A stretch of DNA of 64,000 bases from Pocillopora damicornis (GCF_003704095.1 NW_020845863.1:310001-374000); one strand, 5' to 3'; numbered from the stretch's first letter, positions 1 through 13,500 are shown. Made by a program: numbers and translations. Notes: generated by a model from the letters alone, not told the origin.

Positions 1-3000
1 TGGTGTCTGCTGCTGCCCAGGGGCACTTGGCCCTAAATCAAATTTTAAAATCACACATCAACTCTTGTGGGTGTTATTGTGGTCTGTTAACAAGGAAGCT
101 CGATTAACATAGTCTGGGTTTGAGCCCTTTTTATCGGTGTTGGCTGTTTTCTTAGTGAAAACATGCCTCTTTTACACTGGCTATTCCCATCAAAAGTGGC
201 AATTATGACTGTGTGCCACAAAATTTTCAGATTATAAGAAACTTAAAAAATATCTTAAGACCATCATTTTGTAGGATCTGAAAGGTTACTACATGTGCAC
301 AAGGAGAAAGATCCTGGGCATAATTATTTTGAACAAGCTTATCGTATCTGTAAACAAACTCCTCAGTCTGCAAAAGAGATCATGTTCTATGTTAACTTAA
401 GTCCCAGTGAGAAGTTCCTTATATTTAGTGATCATGAAACCCCACCTTTGTTATGCTACCCACATAGGTCTCCTGGTCAGAGAGTCATTAAAACTCAAAA
501 TAGAACAAGTTCTTAGGTGAGCAACAAGATGGATCTTACATTCAGAGCCTCCCCAGATGTTATATATAGAGAGATTACTTGCTTTGAATATGCTGCTTCT
601 TGCTTATAAGAGAAAAATCATGAATCTTGTTTGACGTTAGTAATAATGTGAAATTTAACAACCATTCATGTACCCCATATGGTCAGTGTACAACCTTTGT
701 ATTTTATTTCCATAGTCAAATTGTGGAATATTGTTTGTGATGTAGCTCTTCCTAGAAATTTTATCTCCAGGTTCTTTGAAATAATTTTTGAAAAATAAGT
801 CTAAGTCCCTTTGGATATCAGTTTTGATATCAGTTGATGTGGACCTGATTTTATTGTGGTACATCTCTCAGGATTGCTCATGTCATCATTGGTAATTCTT
901 ATTTCTTAACTTTAATTTGTATCTTTAATTTTATACATTTTTTCTACTCCTTTGGGTGGGTGCCTTGCATGGGTCTGAGTATATTTTTCATGTCTTCGTT
1001 CTTTTCTTCACAAAACCAAAGCAAATATTCCTGCACTAAAGTAGAGTTTAAGCCACAACATTGCATTCAAAAATGCTAATTCATCTTGTCAGTGCCTACA
1101 AGATCAGCTTCCACTTGGGCTTTCTTGAACCCAATATTCCAGTGTACATGTATTTTACTTTAAGCAAGATTACTTACGTATGTCTCGAATATAAACCAAA
1201 AGACGAGCAACATATGCAAGGTAATCAACCTAAGAAAAGAATGTTAAGTAAAATTAGGGTTATGATTACATATCATGTTATTGAAATTAAAAAAAAAATA
1301 AACAGTCAGAGTATAATTTTGTTTTACTTTTGACAACCTCAAATTTCAAAAAATAACTCAAGACGACTGCTGCTGGTGAACAAACTGTAATGTCAAGACC
1401 ACTACAACAAGAACGTGGTTCACATATCAAGTCGAAGTATTGAAAGAAACAAGGGGACAACAGCCGTGACATTTTTTTTTTTTTTTCCATGTTAAAGGCA
1501 ATACCATGTAGTGCTTCAAGCCAAAAATCTACATTAATCTTCCTGAAATTATATTTAAAATTGATTGATACAGAAATTTTATGAAATGTTTGTTTTTGAA
1601 TGGATAAGCTAATATATAACGCATTTCCTATACGATACAATACACATCAATAGTATCAATGAGATACCTTGAACAAAGATTCTCATTTCAAAACGCATGG
1701 TATTGTACCAATACACAGTTTCACCCACAGGTTTACCAAGCTACTTTTAGATACCAATGACATGCCTAACAGAACTACCCTCTTCAAAAGTTTGTAACTG
1801 ACTCCCGAATAACAAATTTAAGTTATCTTGCAACATCCTGTTCACTTGAGCAGAACTTTCGTGATATGACTGTTTGTAAGACTTTGCGTGCATAACGTCA
1901 CGAAATGTAATTTCTGTTCACTGTTCTTGTTTATTCTAAGCAGTTGTAGCCGATTGAAAGATACTAGAGGTTTAACATATGATAAACAAAACGAAAGCAA
2001 ATTTTCCCTTCTTCTAGGCAGCTTTGATTTGTCTACGAAACTGAAAACTCGTCTGAGTACAATGCGTATTGAAAATGCGTGGAAGGAAATCAAACTCTCC
2101 ATTTGGTAAACTGAAAGAAGGGTGGGTTTTCTTTGATGTTCCATTTGATAATGTAATAGATAGCAATGGCTTCCAGATTAAAAACATTCTTCAATATGAG
2201 TTGGGTAGAGACATGCAGTATAATGATTACTACCGACGCGATCAAACTGTGTATCAGTATTCGCATGACAAACACGTAGATCTCGAGTCATGCCAAGATA
2301 TCCAATAGCGTAAAAAGTACACTCACCCTTGTTTTAGCCTTCAGAAACACTTGATTTTCCATGTCGCTAGGATTCTTCATCATCACATTGGGATTCCCAG
2401 ATTTTTTTACTGCTTCTTCGCTACAAGCGGAAGTATGTGCGANNNNNNNNNNNNNNNNNNNNNNNNNNNNNNNNNNNNNNNNNNNNNNNNNNNNNNNNNN
2501 NNNNNNNNNNNNNNNNNNNNNNNNNNNNNNNNNNNNNNNNNNCTTGATTAACCTGATCAATCCATAAGTTAAAATAAAACAAATAAATAAAAAATTAATA
2601 TATCTGAGCCTGGGAATAACTAGGTATAAGCATATCACAAGCATCATTTAGATGCTTTCCATTACACAACTCTTGCAGCAGGTCAGAGTTCCTGAGTTCC
2701 TTTTCAATCCTAGTTTGACAAAAACACAGAGCTTACAACTCTCAAACAATTATTAAAACGTAACTGGAAAATGAAACCCCACTAGACAGACAATAAAATG
2801 TCATTATTTATGGCAAACAAGAAGAAAGTTTTAATGTTATTTATGATTTTAATGTTTTAATATTATTTAGTCCTTCTATTTGTTTGTACAAGTGAGTCTT
2901 TTCATCTATGTTCGGTTGTTCATCAGGTCTTCTACAGACATATCAACTCCTGTGGGTGATAATGTGGTCTGTTAACAAGGAAGCTTGATTAACATAATCC

Positions 3001-4330
3001 AAGTTTGAGCCCTAGCTTGTTATCAGTGTTTGCTGTTTCCTTAAAGAAAACATGTCTCTTTTACACTGACTGTTCCTATCAAAAGTGACAATTATGACTG
3101 TGTGCCACAAAATTATCAGATTACAAGAAACCTAAAATTATCTTGAGACTGCCATTTTTTTAGGATCCAAAAGGTTACTGTATGTGCTCCACCTTCTTGG
3201 AAATTGTTATTGAAAAATAAGTATAAGTGCCTTCAGATATCAGTTTTGATAGCAGTTGATGGGGACCTGATTTGATTGTGGTACATATCACAGGATTGCT
3301 CTTATTTCTTAGCTTTTATTTGTATCTTTAATTTTGTACATTTTTTCTACTCCTTTGGGTGGGTGCCTTGCATGGGTCTGAGTGTATTTTTCATGTCTTT
3401 GTTCTTTTTTTCACAAAACCAAAGAAAATATTCCTGCACTAAAGTAGAGTTTAAGCCACAAAATTGCATGCAAAAATGCTTATTCATCTTGTCAGTGCTT
3501 ACAAGATCAGCTTCCACTTGGATTTTCTTAAACCTAATATTCCAGTAAACATGTATGTTACTTTAAGCAAGTTTACTTACGTTTGTCTCGAATATAAACC
3601 AAAACATGAGCAACATATGAAAGGTAATTAACCTAAGAAAAGAATGTTAAGTAAAATTAGGGTTATGATTACATATCATGCTATTTGAAATTAAAAAAAA
3701 AAACAAAAAATTCAGAGTGTAATTTTGTTTTACTTTGGACATCCTTGAATTTCAATAAATAACTCAAGATGACTGCTGCTGGTGAACAAACTGTAATTTC
3801 AAGACCACTACAACAAGAACACAGTCCACATATTGACACAAAGTACTGAAAGAAACAAGGGGACAACAGTTGTGACATTTTTTTTTTNNNNNNNNNNNNN
3901 NNNNNNNNNNNNNNNNNNNNNNNNNNNNNNNNNNNNNNNNNNNNNNNNNNNNNNNNNNNNNNNNNNNNNNNNNNNNNNNNNNNNNNNCGCTACAAGCGGA
4001 AGTATGTGCGAAGAGTTGAAAAGGCGCATAAAACACAAAGAGTGGAACAATCTCTATCGAACTAAGAAAAAACACGACCGCTCTTAAATACGGTAAAATT
4101 TCTGCACAGCCCCATAGTACATTGTGCATTCAGTTCTTGGATAGAGAAAACAACGACAAAAACAATACATTACCATTGGGAAAACAGATTTGTTTAACAA
4201 TAGTATGGGGCTGTGCGGAAATTTTACCCTAAATACTATAACTTGAAGGAAGGAAAAGCTGAAATACTTACATCTGTAAAATAACTTTCTGACGGTAAGC
4301 AGGACTACGCCAATCTTCGGTGGACGCCAT
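1..4330 (-). CDS. MED15: Mediator subunit 15, 5' exons (KIX domain); gene continues beyond the left edge
   Basis: Exons 4272-4330 (MASTEDWRSPAYRQKVILQ), 2327-2420 (IEEAVKKSGNPNVMMKNPSDMENQVFLKAKTR), 1178-1229 (VDYLAYVARLLVYIRDI) and probably <1-32 (RPSAPGQQQTP). All are GT-AG and phase-compatible. They match the MED15 KIX pattern DWRS..RQK...DME..VFLKAKTR.EYL..VARL. Confidence 0.93.
2940..3887 (-). repeat. Diverged duplicate of about 52-1487 containing a second copy of MED15 exon 3 (3581-3632), on a gap-bounded contig
   Basis: Colinear similarity to 52-1487 but lacking about 295-770. The exon copy reads VNYLSYVAHVLVYIRDK with intact AG and GTAAGT. Confidence 0.85.
4092..4228. mobile_element. 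Small MITE in MED15 intron 1
   Basis: TIRs GGTAAAATTTCTGCACAGCCCCATA / TATGGGGCTGTGCGGAAATTTTACC; imperfect 8-bp TSD TTAAATAC/CTAAATAC. Confidence 0.7.
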
Positions 4331-5651
4331 ATTGGTTCGCGAATTCAAAGTCGCGCCGAGACTTCTTCGGTGAGTAGGCTCGCAAATACTGCCAAGGGAG
4401 GGGTAGGGGGCGTTTATTTCATATGATGTTTATTCAGATTTTTTGCCAGTGACAATATTCCATTTTTCAATTTACATTAAATAAGTTTCCAAACACGTAA
4501 GATTACAGAATTACACCCCTTGACAAAGATTTTCATCCTGTTCAAGCACTTAAGTTTGTTGTTGTTGTTGTTGTTGTCACAAGCACATTATGTTGTCGTT
4601 TCTTGCCGTGACACTACGGAAGACAGCTAAAGACGATAAACATGGTAAAAACAAAAGTTTCCTAGAAGAAGCATTATTAGGTGTGTAAACATTGGGGAAC
4701 CATAAGGCTTTTGAGCTAGTCCCTTTAAATTATTATCAAATTACTATTGTTATAATTGTTATATTGTTAATATAATTATTTGTTACCATTTAATTATTGG
4801 TTGAAAGTCAATTAGACCTAGAGAATAATACATGAACGTGCGTTCCGTATTTTGATTTTCTTCCCCTTCTAGGAAAGTTTGAACGTCATTGTCTGTAAGC
4901 GATTCGGATTTTTCAGTGTTTTAACAGCCATAATCCGAAAAAAATTACGACAAACGACCTAGGATTGAGAAAAAATAAGATACTTTTTCAGGTGTGTTGT
5001 TAAGACTTTTGTCAGGGCTGGAGTCCTTGTATAGCGCCGTACTTTATATAATAAAATATATTCTTGAATTTTCTCTCCCTTGTGGAACAGGGTACTCATG
5101 AATATGTGTGGGATGCGGCAGGTTTTATATTTTGCATTTGAGACAAACACTATGAAACACTACCTTCTAGCCTCATTATAGAATCTCTAGTTCTTTTCAA
5201 TGCCATAAAATTGTGCTTTACCAATAGCCACATGCAGTCTTTAACTGTCTATTTTTCCTTAAGTTTAGGGCTTGACGATTGTATAGCGGAGCATCATCCA
5301 GCAAAAAAACGCGAGTGAAGCCCCATACCTTAGAAAATATGGTTCACTTCATCAACTTAAGAAAATTCGGTTGTGACTAATTGTCTTGGGCAGACTCCAA
5401 ATCTAAGACCCGATTTTTACTTCCTGCAGCTACTGATATAGCAATACTGTGGCTTTTTTTGCTTGATCCGTTGCCCTAATATGGTAAATTGGCGTAACAG
5501 TGGAATAACAAAAGTTGTAAACCACTGCTATTATTTAATGTTAAAAGCGTTTATTGGAGATTGAATTTCCCTTTAATCTCCCGAAAATACATTTATAAGG
5601 GACATACTAATGCAAGGAAAGAAAATGAGACACAAACCTCTCTGTACAAAT

Positions 5652-5657
5652 TTTATT
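5652..5657 (-). terminator. Probable Musashi polyadenylation signal AATAAA
   Basis: AATAAA on the minus strand followed by a GU/U-rich element (GGTTTGTGTCTCATTTTCTTT), about 1.3 kb upstream of the MED15 start. Confidence 0.5.
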
Positions 5658-8090
5658 CATTCAAATACAGCCATATACATCTTTCAAGGACTAGATTTCC
5701 GAGTGTTAAACACAGCATGACTAGGTAGATTAAAACTAGTAGTAAACGGTTTCATCTGATGAAACCAACGCTTCAAATGGACTACGTACTCATTACCCAG
5801 GAGGAGTCGACACTACTCTTAGGTGCTTTCAGATCTTTCTCTTGTTTGATATTACAAATTCTCCGTACGAGACTCTGCCAGTTTATGTAAGACTCCCCCT
5901 GGGGACTTATAGCCTATACTTTTCTACACTAATTCGCTCTTAGCATGGTTTATGGTGAGAGCTGCAATGAACTATTTCAGTGGCACTTTAAATTTTAACA
6001 CTAGGACAAGCAATTGACACTACAGATTGATTTTCCTTCCATATAGATTTCAATGAACGAACATAAAACAAATCGTCCCACTATACCAAACTATCATTTG
6101 CTCTGTAAGTAACGAAGAAACTGGTCAAACTTTTCTCAAGTCGTCTACCATTTCATACCTTTAACGTGCCTTATAATTTTAGAAAAATAAAAGAGCAACT
6201 GGGGTGAAACATGACAGTTTTATAGCATCAAAATCTTGCCTAGTGTATGATATCGATATTGCCTGTACAATTCACCGCCAAAGGTGAAGATCTTCTGTTT
6301 CTACGCGCGGCACCATTTAAACCACTATCCACTAAAGATCGCAACACATACAAAACATCTCACTTGCATCAAGATTTCTCTCAAAGTTTTGAACGATTTT
6401 AAGAAACCTTTGAAAATATATACTTACTCTCCATTTTTGAATAAAATACGTTCAATAATCTCTTATCACAAACTTGTGTTCCAGCGTAAGACAGTCAACA
6501 AGGTAAAACAGTGGTGCTAACCAATAAGTCCTCCTATATTTAGATGTAATACAATTCTGACATCTCTAAGATTCTCGCGATATAACTTTGGTCAGTCTCT
6601 TTTGTTGACTGTTTTAAGCGGGAAAACTATAAGTACAAACATGTGGTAAAAGATAAAATTTTTATAAAATTACGCATTTGAATGGTATTACGTTTTAAAA
6701 ATCTTCTACTTATTATCGGTACTCTTAACAAGCAATACTGGTTATAATCTAACTAGTCAAATAAAATTCAGTGGGGAGATACTGTGATCGAAAAGTCACG
6801 CAATGCTCCCATAGGGAGGGTAACGTTGCGTGACACCTTACGAGACTGAGGCTGTCGTTTGAGTAATTATCACACAAATTCCGTCATATCAGTGATTTAG
6901 CCACTACATTTCAAAATCTTTCAATGACATGCAGGTTCAGGTAAGCCGGGGTTTCTGGTAACTATTGAAAAGAACGCACTTACACGTTCTGCAGTGTTAA
7001 CATCATTAAAAAAAAAAAAAAGAAAACTTTCGGGCCAAATATCGAAAAACGCACTAGTGGGTTCTAGGTTCATGATTTTTGCAGCAAGGACTTGTTCTAT
7101 AGCAATGACAAAACGTTTTGATAGTCACAGCACATTCTCCTTTAAGGATAAAAAGTCACACCCCCTTAAATGTTGACATTGAGAAATTTTTTCTCCTCGT
7201 TTCGGTTCGCTCTAGCGACATAAAGAAAAGAAATAGATTTGATAATGAGATTTAATTCTTAAGTATTATTTGTTTTCTTTCTTAAATTTTCATGGTTCAT
7301 GCGATAAAAATGAATGAATCCAGTGAATACATTTTTCTTGAGAACAATTTGCGTGACAAATTAAGATGCAATCGAATTTGCCATTTTCTGATTTGAAATG
7401 ATTATCCCTGATTCCACAGTGAAAGAAAGAGGAACTCTGTCTCTTTAAAACAGACAACCGCTCCTCTGAATTTTATGATGAAAGTGGACTAAGAGATATA
7501 TCTGTAAAGCAAATGGCCTTGTAACTACAGTATATGGATTGTCAAATAATAAAATGTTAATAATTTAGAAATAATAGATTATCAAGAAAATAGAAGATAA
7601 GAATAAATACATGGTACTCGAATTCTTTGTGAGTACGCTTTCAATTTTCGCTTTTGAATGGTGAATCAATTGATTGTTTATCAGCCAGGCATCTAACGGT
7701 TGGCTCCAGCTAATATTCCTACCAAGTCCTAGTCATTTTATCACTTGAAGTTCAGAGTACGAAAAAACATTTTTGGCAACGAGATAAGATCAAGTGGATC
7801 CTTCTTTGTTACCGGTAAATGCGACTGGAAAATAAACGTGGGAGGTTTAAATTGTAAATGATAACATAATGAAAATAATCTCCTTGTGATAAACATGAAA
7901 AATTGTACAAATAATTTAAATGAGCAGGACCTGACGAGTGCACTATCTGCTGACTTCACGCTCTAGTTTGGCCACTTTGAAATATCTACAGCACGTTGAT
8001 ATTTGGTTACCCTGTGAGACAGCGATCGACTCTTACTGATAAATTAGTGGGATACATTGACGTATCAAGTATCACATTCTCGTCCCGAAA

Positions 8091-8183
8091 CAATCTCGCG
8101 AGCCAAGGGTCATCACGGCTTCTTCTCAGCGGCATGGACCATACCGCTGACAAGGGACCGAAATGACCCTGGGCTCGAGACTG
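8091..8183. mobile_element. Short hairpin-forming MITE-like repeat
   Basis: Ends CAATCTCG(CG)AGCCAAGGGTCAT / ATGACCCTGGGCTCGAGACTG are inverted; inner inverted repeat TCAGCGGCATGG-A-CCATACCGCTGA. Confidence 0.65.
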
Positions 8184-10501
8184 GTCCAGAGATGGTTGTG
8201 TCGAACTCGCGCAGGGGCAATGCGTTTAGGTGTTCCTCTTGTGGGCGAGAGGAAAGACAAGAGGACCTCAATCTCGCAGGGTAAGATTTCATAAGTTATT
8301 AGAGTGGCAAAACCTTTAAATCGTTCCGCATTCTTGGCTGTGCGCGGTGCATGCTCACGAATAAAACCTTTGGATTTATTATTAATTTTCTTTTGAGAAA
8401 ACTTAAATAACTTAACTCATTCGTTGTTTGAAACTTTCTAAAACACTATCTGTGCACTACTTTTTTCTCAGTCTTGCAGCCGTCACTTATAAAGTGGCGT
8501 CACAATTGATAATGAATTTCCCTCACAAAATCAGCCACAAAATGCTGATGTCTAAGTTTTCTCAAAGTAACAAGGAGAAGATGAAGGCAAACTGCTGTGC
8601 GTGAGTTATATGTTGGAAAAAAGAGAACAAACAACGGAGAAACAAAACAGTGATATAAACAAACTAGCCTTAACATCGACCATTGGAGTAACGTATCAGC
8701 TCAAGGGAACCGGTTCTAGTGCAATACTCTGCGTAACTAATTAATGAACCAATCTAGGAGAGCGTTAGCATTCCTCCTCAATCTCTTTCTCTCTAGGGGA
8801 AATCAGCGAGCACCTTCTATCAACAGACGAGTTTTCACCGTGCGGAAATTTCATGCGTCTTTGTTTTTTTTTTAAGATGGAAAACTTAGGAGGTCTTTCA
8901 CGACTTCAAAGAAGTTAAAAATAGAAAAATGAATCGAACCTCGACCAAAACCTCTCGTTTGCCTTCATCTACTCCTTACAAAAGGCCAGTTTTTGAAACT
9001 GACAAACCAAAAAGTAAATAGTTTTCATACCACAAATCAGATCACGAAAGAAGAGAAAATAAAACGAATTCGAGATTGACATTTGATGTCCCTTACATAC
9101 ATAGAATATGAAATACTCTGGGGGGCGTGAGAGAACAGCTAACCCTTCATTTTTTTCTAGTCCTATGTCGCTATACACTGCAGTTTAACTTGAAACCCAA
9201 ATATACCTTTACTATTCCATACCTTACTTTTGCAGAACCGTGCTTACCTATCTTTACTGCGTCGACTCGCACATTCTACGTTAACTCTAAATATAATCGT
9301 TTCTCTTTCGAATTTACCCACAAATGTAGTACTAAACGGAAATCTAGACATCGTCTCTACATACGGAGTCTTTTCAAGAAAAAATAAAAAGAAGAATTCT
9401 TTAGGTCTCAGACTCTTGGTGCACGATGGAAGGTGTAGTATATATTGCTGTGATGATGCGAAATAAAATACCGGGGCGCTCTGTAATTTTGGTTCCTTAT
9501 TTTCGCATTTGAGTCTAAACAGTATGTAAGTTGTTTTGAAGCAGTCCAATCAAAATGAACCTAAATCCCTTTCTGATAAAAAACATTCTTCATTCTCAAA
9601 CGATTTAACTTCGCCCCGAAAACCAAATCTTCATTTCCAACCCCTCCCTCTTACTTCCTGTTTGGCTCGTGGGTTTTCCAATCGACCGCAATACGCCACC
9701 AAAATGTCATACAACTGGAAAATTCTCTCATTCTAGTAAATCACTACAACAAAAGATAATCAACCCGTGCTACTTAAATACTTTCTTTGAATGAAACCGT
9801 GACCCCGAGTCGCCAAACCTCTGAACTCTTTTAAATGAGAGATGGGTTGACTTTTTCACCGAATAATCATATGTAGTTTTTGTAACTATCCACTGCAAAG
9901 AAATCTACACACACTGAGCCATTGTAAATAACTGCTAACTACTTCTACCAATGAACAAAAGATGTGACTAGCCTACCTTGTTACTAAAATGGTCATGTAA
10001 ATCAAGTTATATGTAAACTAGAAATATCTCTACAACAGAAGTCATTAAATTTCATTTTGACCATCAAAAAATGTTTCACCTTTGACTAGGTGGATAATAA
10101 AATCGAGATTAATTGTCTCGTAATCGAGACAGTATCATGGTTTTGTACCTCCAAAGTCGAAATTCATCAAAAGCAAAAATTCGACCTGAAACAACTTGGC
10201 AAGTTCTTCAGTCAATCAGCGTCTCATGCCTTTGAAAGAGATGAAAAAAATAAGAAGTTAGAGGGGAATAGAAAGATTAGAAAGAAGAGAGAAGGAAAGG
10301 AAAGAAAGAAAAGGAAAGAAGGTTGTTGACGACAAAAATAAAATTCAGGAACTTTGTAAGCGTTGGACTTGGGACAAGAGGAATGCTCGCCCCAGATCTC
10401 TGTCAATAAATAATGAATTCGCATTGAATTCTAGAATCTCACACGTTTAAGAGCGAACGCAAGGGTCTACAGGCGACCAATTCGTACTTACCGATGATTC
10501 T

Positions 10502-13500
10502 TTAGTGGCCAACGGAAATCTAGGAAAAAAGGAAAGTGTAAGGTAAACTTGAAAATGTAGTTTTTTAATTATTCATGACAGCTTCGGCGGGAATGTATTT
10601 ACAAATGTATAAGTTGAATTACCGCGCGCATTTTGAAGCTTATTAACGATAGTTAAATTCCCCTCGTGACGGTTTTAAAATTTCAGGTAGGGTGAGGTCC
10701 TGCCAAGCTACATCTTGGAGAGCAGCTAGGTTAGCTTTCATTGTTATGAGAGGTGAAGATTTTACTGAGTTTAAGTTTAGAGTCAGTTTTTTGGCGAAGA
10801 TTTGTTTTCGAGAATCTTTATTTCTCCCTACTTTTCTGGTATCTGATGATTCATTTTCTTTTTCGAGTTTAAGTATGGTATGTTTGATTAAATTCAGGTT
10901 CCCAGCGTACGTTATTTATTGCCCTAACTTAAAGTTGTCTTATCTTTGTTTAAAATTATGAATTAAAAATCCTATTATCCTGCAGTAAGTTAAATTCTTT
11001 TGCTTAGACACTTTTATGGCGAAGGTAAACCATTAATCAAATATGGGAGGTGACTAAGGAAAGAAAAAGATATTTGACAATTGTTCATCAAAGATGATAC
11101 GTATTTACCACTTTCACCGACATTGAGGTGAATAATTGTTTTAGTACCGTATTTCTTCACCCTAAAAGTTACAGACCTTCCAACAGACTGTGCTGTCCGA
11201 AAAAGAAAGCAAAACCATCGACTATAAGCCTAGAGCGAAATTCTAGACTGTAACCAACCATTTGAGTGAGCGAACCTCATGGAAACAATGGGAAATGGCT
11301 CACTGAACACAAAAGCTAATGAATTAAAATAAACAGAAAAGAAAAAGGCGAATCAATGAAGATATAAATACTACTAAGCGACTTCAGAAACACAACAATA
11401 CTCTCAGTTACTGTAACCTAACAAACGTTTCAATCGAGTATCTCTTTCGTTGCTGTTATTTTTCTCATCATGCCAAAAGCACGCCGCTCTTCGTATACAA
11501 TGGCTTTCAAGATAAAAGTTGTCGCGGAAGCTACTTGTACTTGCTTTTGAATCCCAAACCCTCGGCTATTATCAAGCCGAACCCTGTTTCTTGTGAGAAA
11601 TATCTCAAACTTTTGTGTCAACTACTGAAAAATCACTCGGCTTATAGGTGAAGAAATACGGTATATACCAGACAGATACCGAAACATTCGTTTATTTCTT
11701 TCAATATACCGAAAAATGGAGAGAAATTCAACTCATGACTTTAAGAGTTTGTCTCATCGGCTGCTCAGAGGTGAACAGTACTTGCTATTCACTTCTAAAT
11801 TAGCCATTCAGCTTGCATGAAAAGCACTATTCACTTGTGTGGTATATACCAATTCAAGATATTGTTACATAGTGCCATAAAAATCTGCTACATTTGCCTT
11901 GTTGTTAAGTGTGTTTGTATGGACTGAATGAAAACAGAAATAGGTTATGAAATTGGAACAAAATTTAGCATTTTACATTTTAAATTGGTATTAAACTTGT
12001 TAAAGGACACTCACTAAAATAGTTGATGATAGCATAACATTTTGGTTAAGTATTTAACGCAGCACTTAGTTTCTAAGACTTAACAACCAAAACCTAGCAT
12101 CTGTGTAAAAAACTGAATACCAAGGCTTAATCCTTAGATATTAATAAGTACTTACAATGATGCTCTCCTCCTTCAGAACTGTCAAAATAAATTGGAATGT
12201 TAATTAATCAATTTGATTGCATAATTTATGATTGGGACTAATTTCTGTTCTCTTTGTTTTCATGTTGGTTGTCAGTTTGTTTATTGTAGTTTTTTTATCA
12301 TTTGAAGTTAAATTTGGTCATTTTCTGTAAGTTTTACCCTAAACTTAACACATCAATCTATAATTATAATGATATTTTAGATTTGTGTGATAAACTTGGC
12401 TACTAGTTTAAGGAGGTGAGAAGACATTTAGCTTTTTAAGGTAATTTTAAAATGTGCCTTTTTATTATAAAACTATTCACCTGTACTGATTCAGTTGCTG
12501 TTGAAGGTTAAAAAGTTGTAACTGAAGTGGCAATAGAAATGGGTTTTCCCTATATCCCTACTATTTAGAAAGTGAGGGGGGGGGAAGGGGGGGGGGCTTG
12601 TTTGACATTATGCCCAAGGGGAAGGGCACTTATTGGTGTGTTGGTGCTTATCCGAGGAAATAACATTTTGAACTGTTCAAAGTTTGTTTAATTATGATAT
12701 GATACAAACTGTCCAATTAGTTACCACTGAGTACAGCTAAGTTTACACTAACTTTTCTAGAGTTGCAATGTGTATTTACATTGTTGATGTTAAACTGTTC
12801 AAGAAATTCTACCAAATTCATTTGAAACATAATGAAATAAACTCTGTAGCTTAACCATAAATGAACATGTCAGTAAGGGAAATAAAATCATTATCATTGT
12901 TTTCAGGTGACTTACCGCCATGGCATGACCAAAGCCTGTAGGCTGAGGACTGGTGGCTGTGTACCCCAAACCATCTGCTGAAGTATTTGCAGCAGAGTTG
13001 ATGTAACTGCCGAGATCCTGAACAGGTCCTGGACTGGTTGCAGCCGTGGCAAATGCCCTGGATACTGGAGAGGGTGGTGGTGGACCAAATTGCTGGGTAT
13101 GATGGTAATTCATGCCTGTAAAATTCATCACAAACTTAATGCTGTGAATTTGTAGGACTTTAATGTTCACCAAAAGGATTGTGCATTTGAATAATTAATT
13201 GCCAATTTTAGCTGGGGGAAATCTGTTGTTTATGGTTCTAAAAGGATAAAGCAATAACAAATTTCTACAAATAAGTGAAGATTATACTGATGGATGTATG
13301 TTAGTTATTCATGTGCTTAATTTATGTTTTGCGTTAATCATTTAATGTCCTATCCTTTTCAGGACAAGGGAAAAAGCCACAAGTTCCCCATTGTGTAGAT
13401 ATCAAACATACTTTGTCGAATGTAAGTGATGTATACAATGCAACAAAGCCAATGGTGAAATGTTTGTCAACCTCTACCTTGGCTAAAGCCAAGGAAGGCT

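Larger units (their letters stand above)
5635..9480 (-). other. Putative non-coding terminal exon (about 3.8-kb 3' UTR) of Musashi
   Basis: A donor GTAAGT lies 10 nt after the stop codon (10490-10491). Candidate acceptor TTACAG at 9481-9482. AATAAA at 5652. The boundaries are inferred. Confidence 0.45.

Noticed and set aside
5748-5766. Palindrome GGTTTCATC-T-GATGAAACC containing CTGATGA
   Set aside because: No stem II or downstream GAAA arrangement, so not a hammerhead; may be chance.
12575-12597. G-run / G-quadruplex candidate
   Set aside because: Lies in a decayed intronic repeat and is C-rich on the transcribed sense strand; no supporting evidence.
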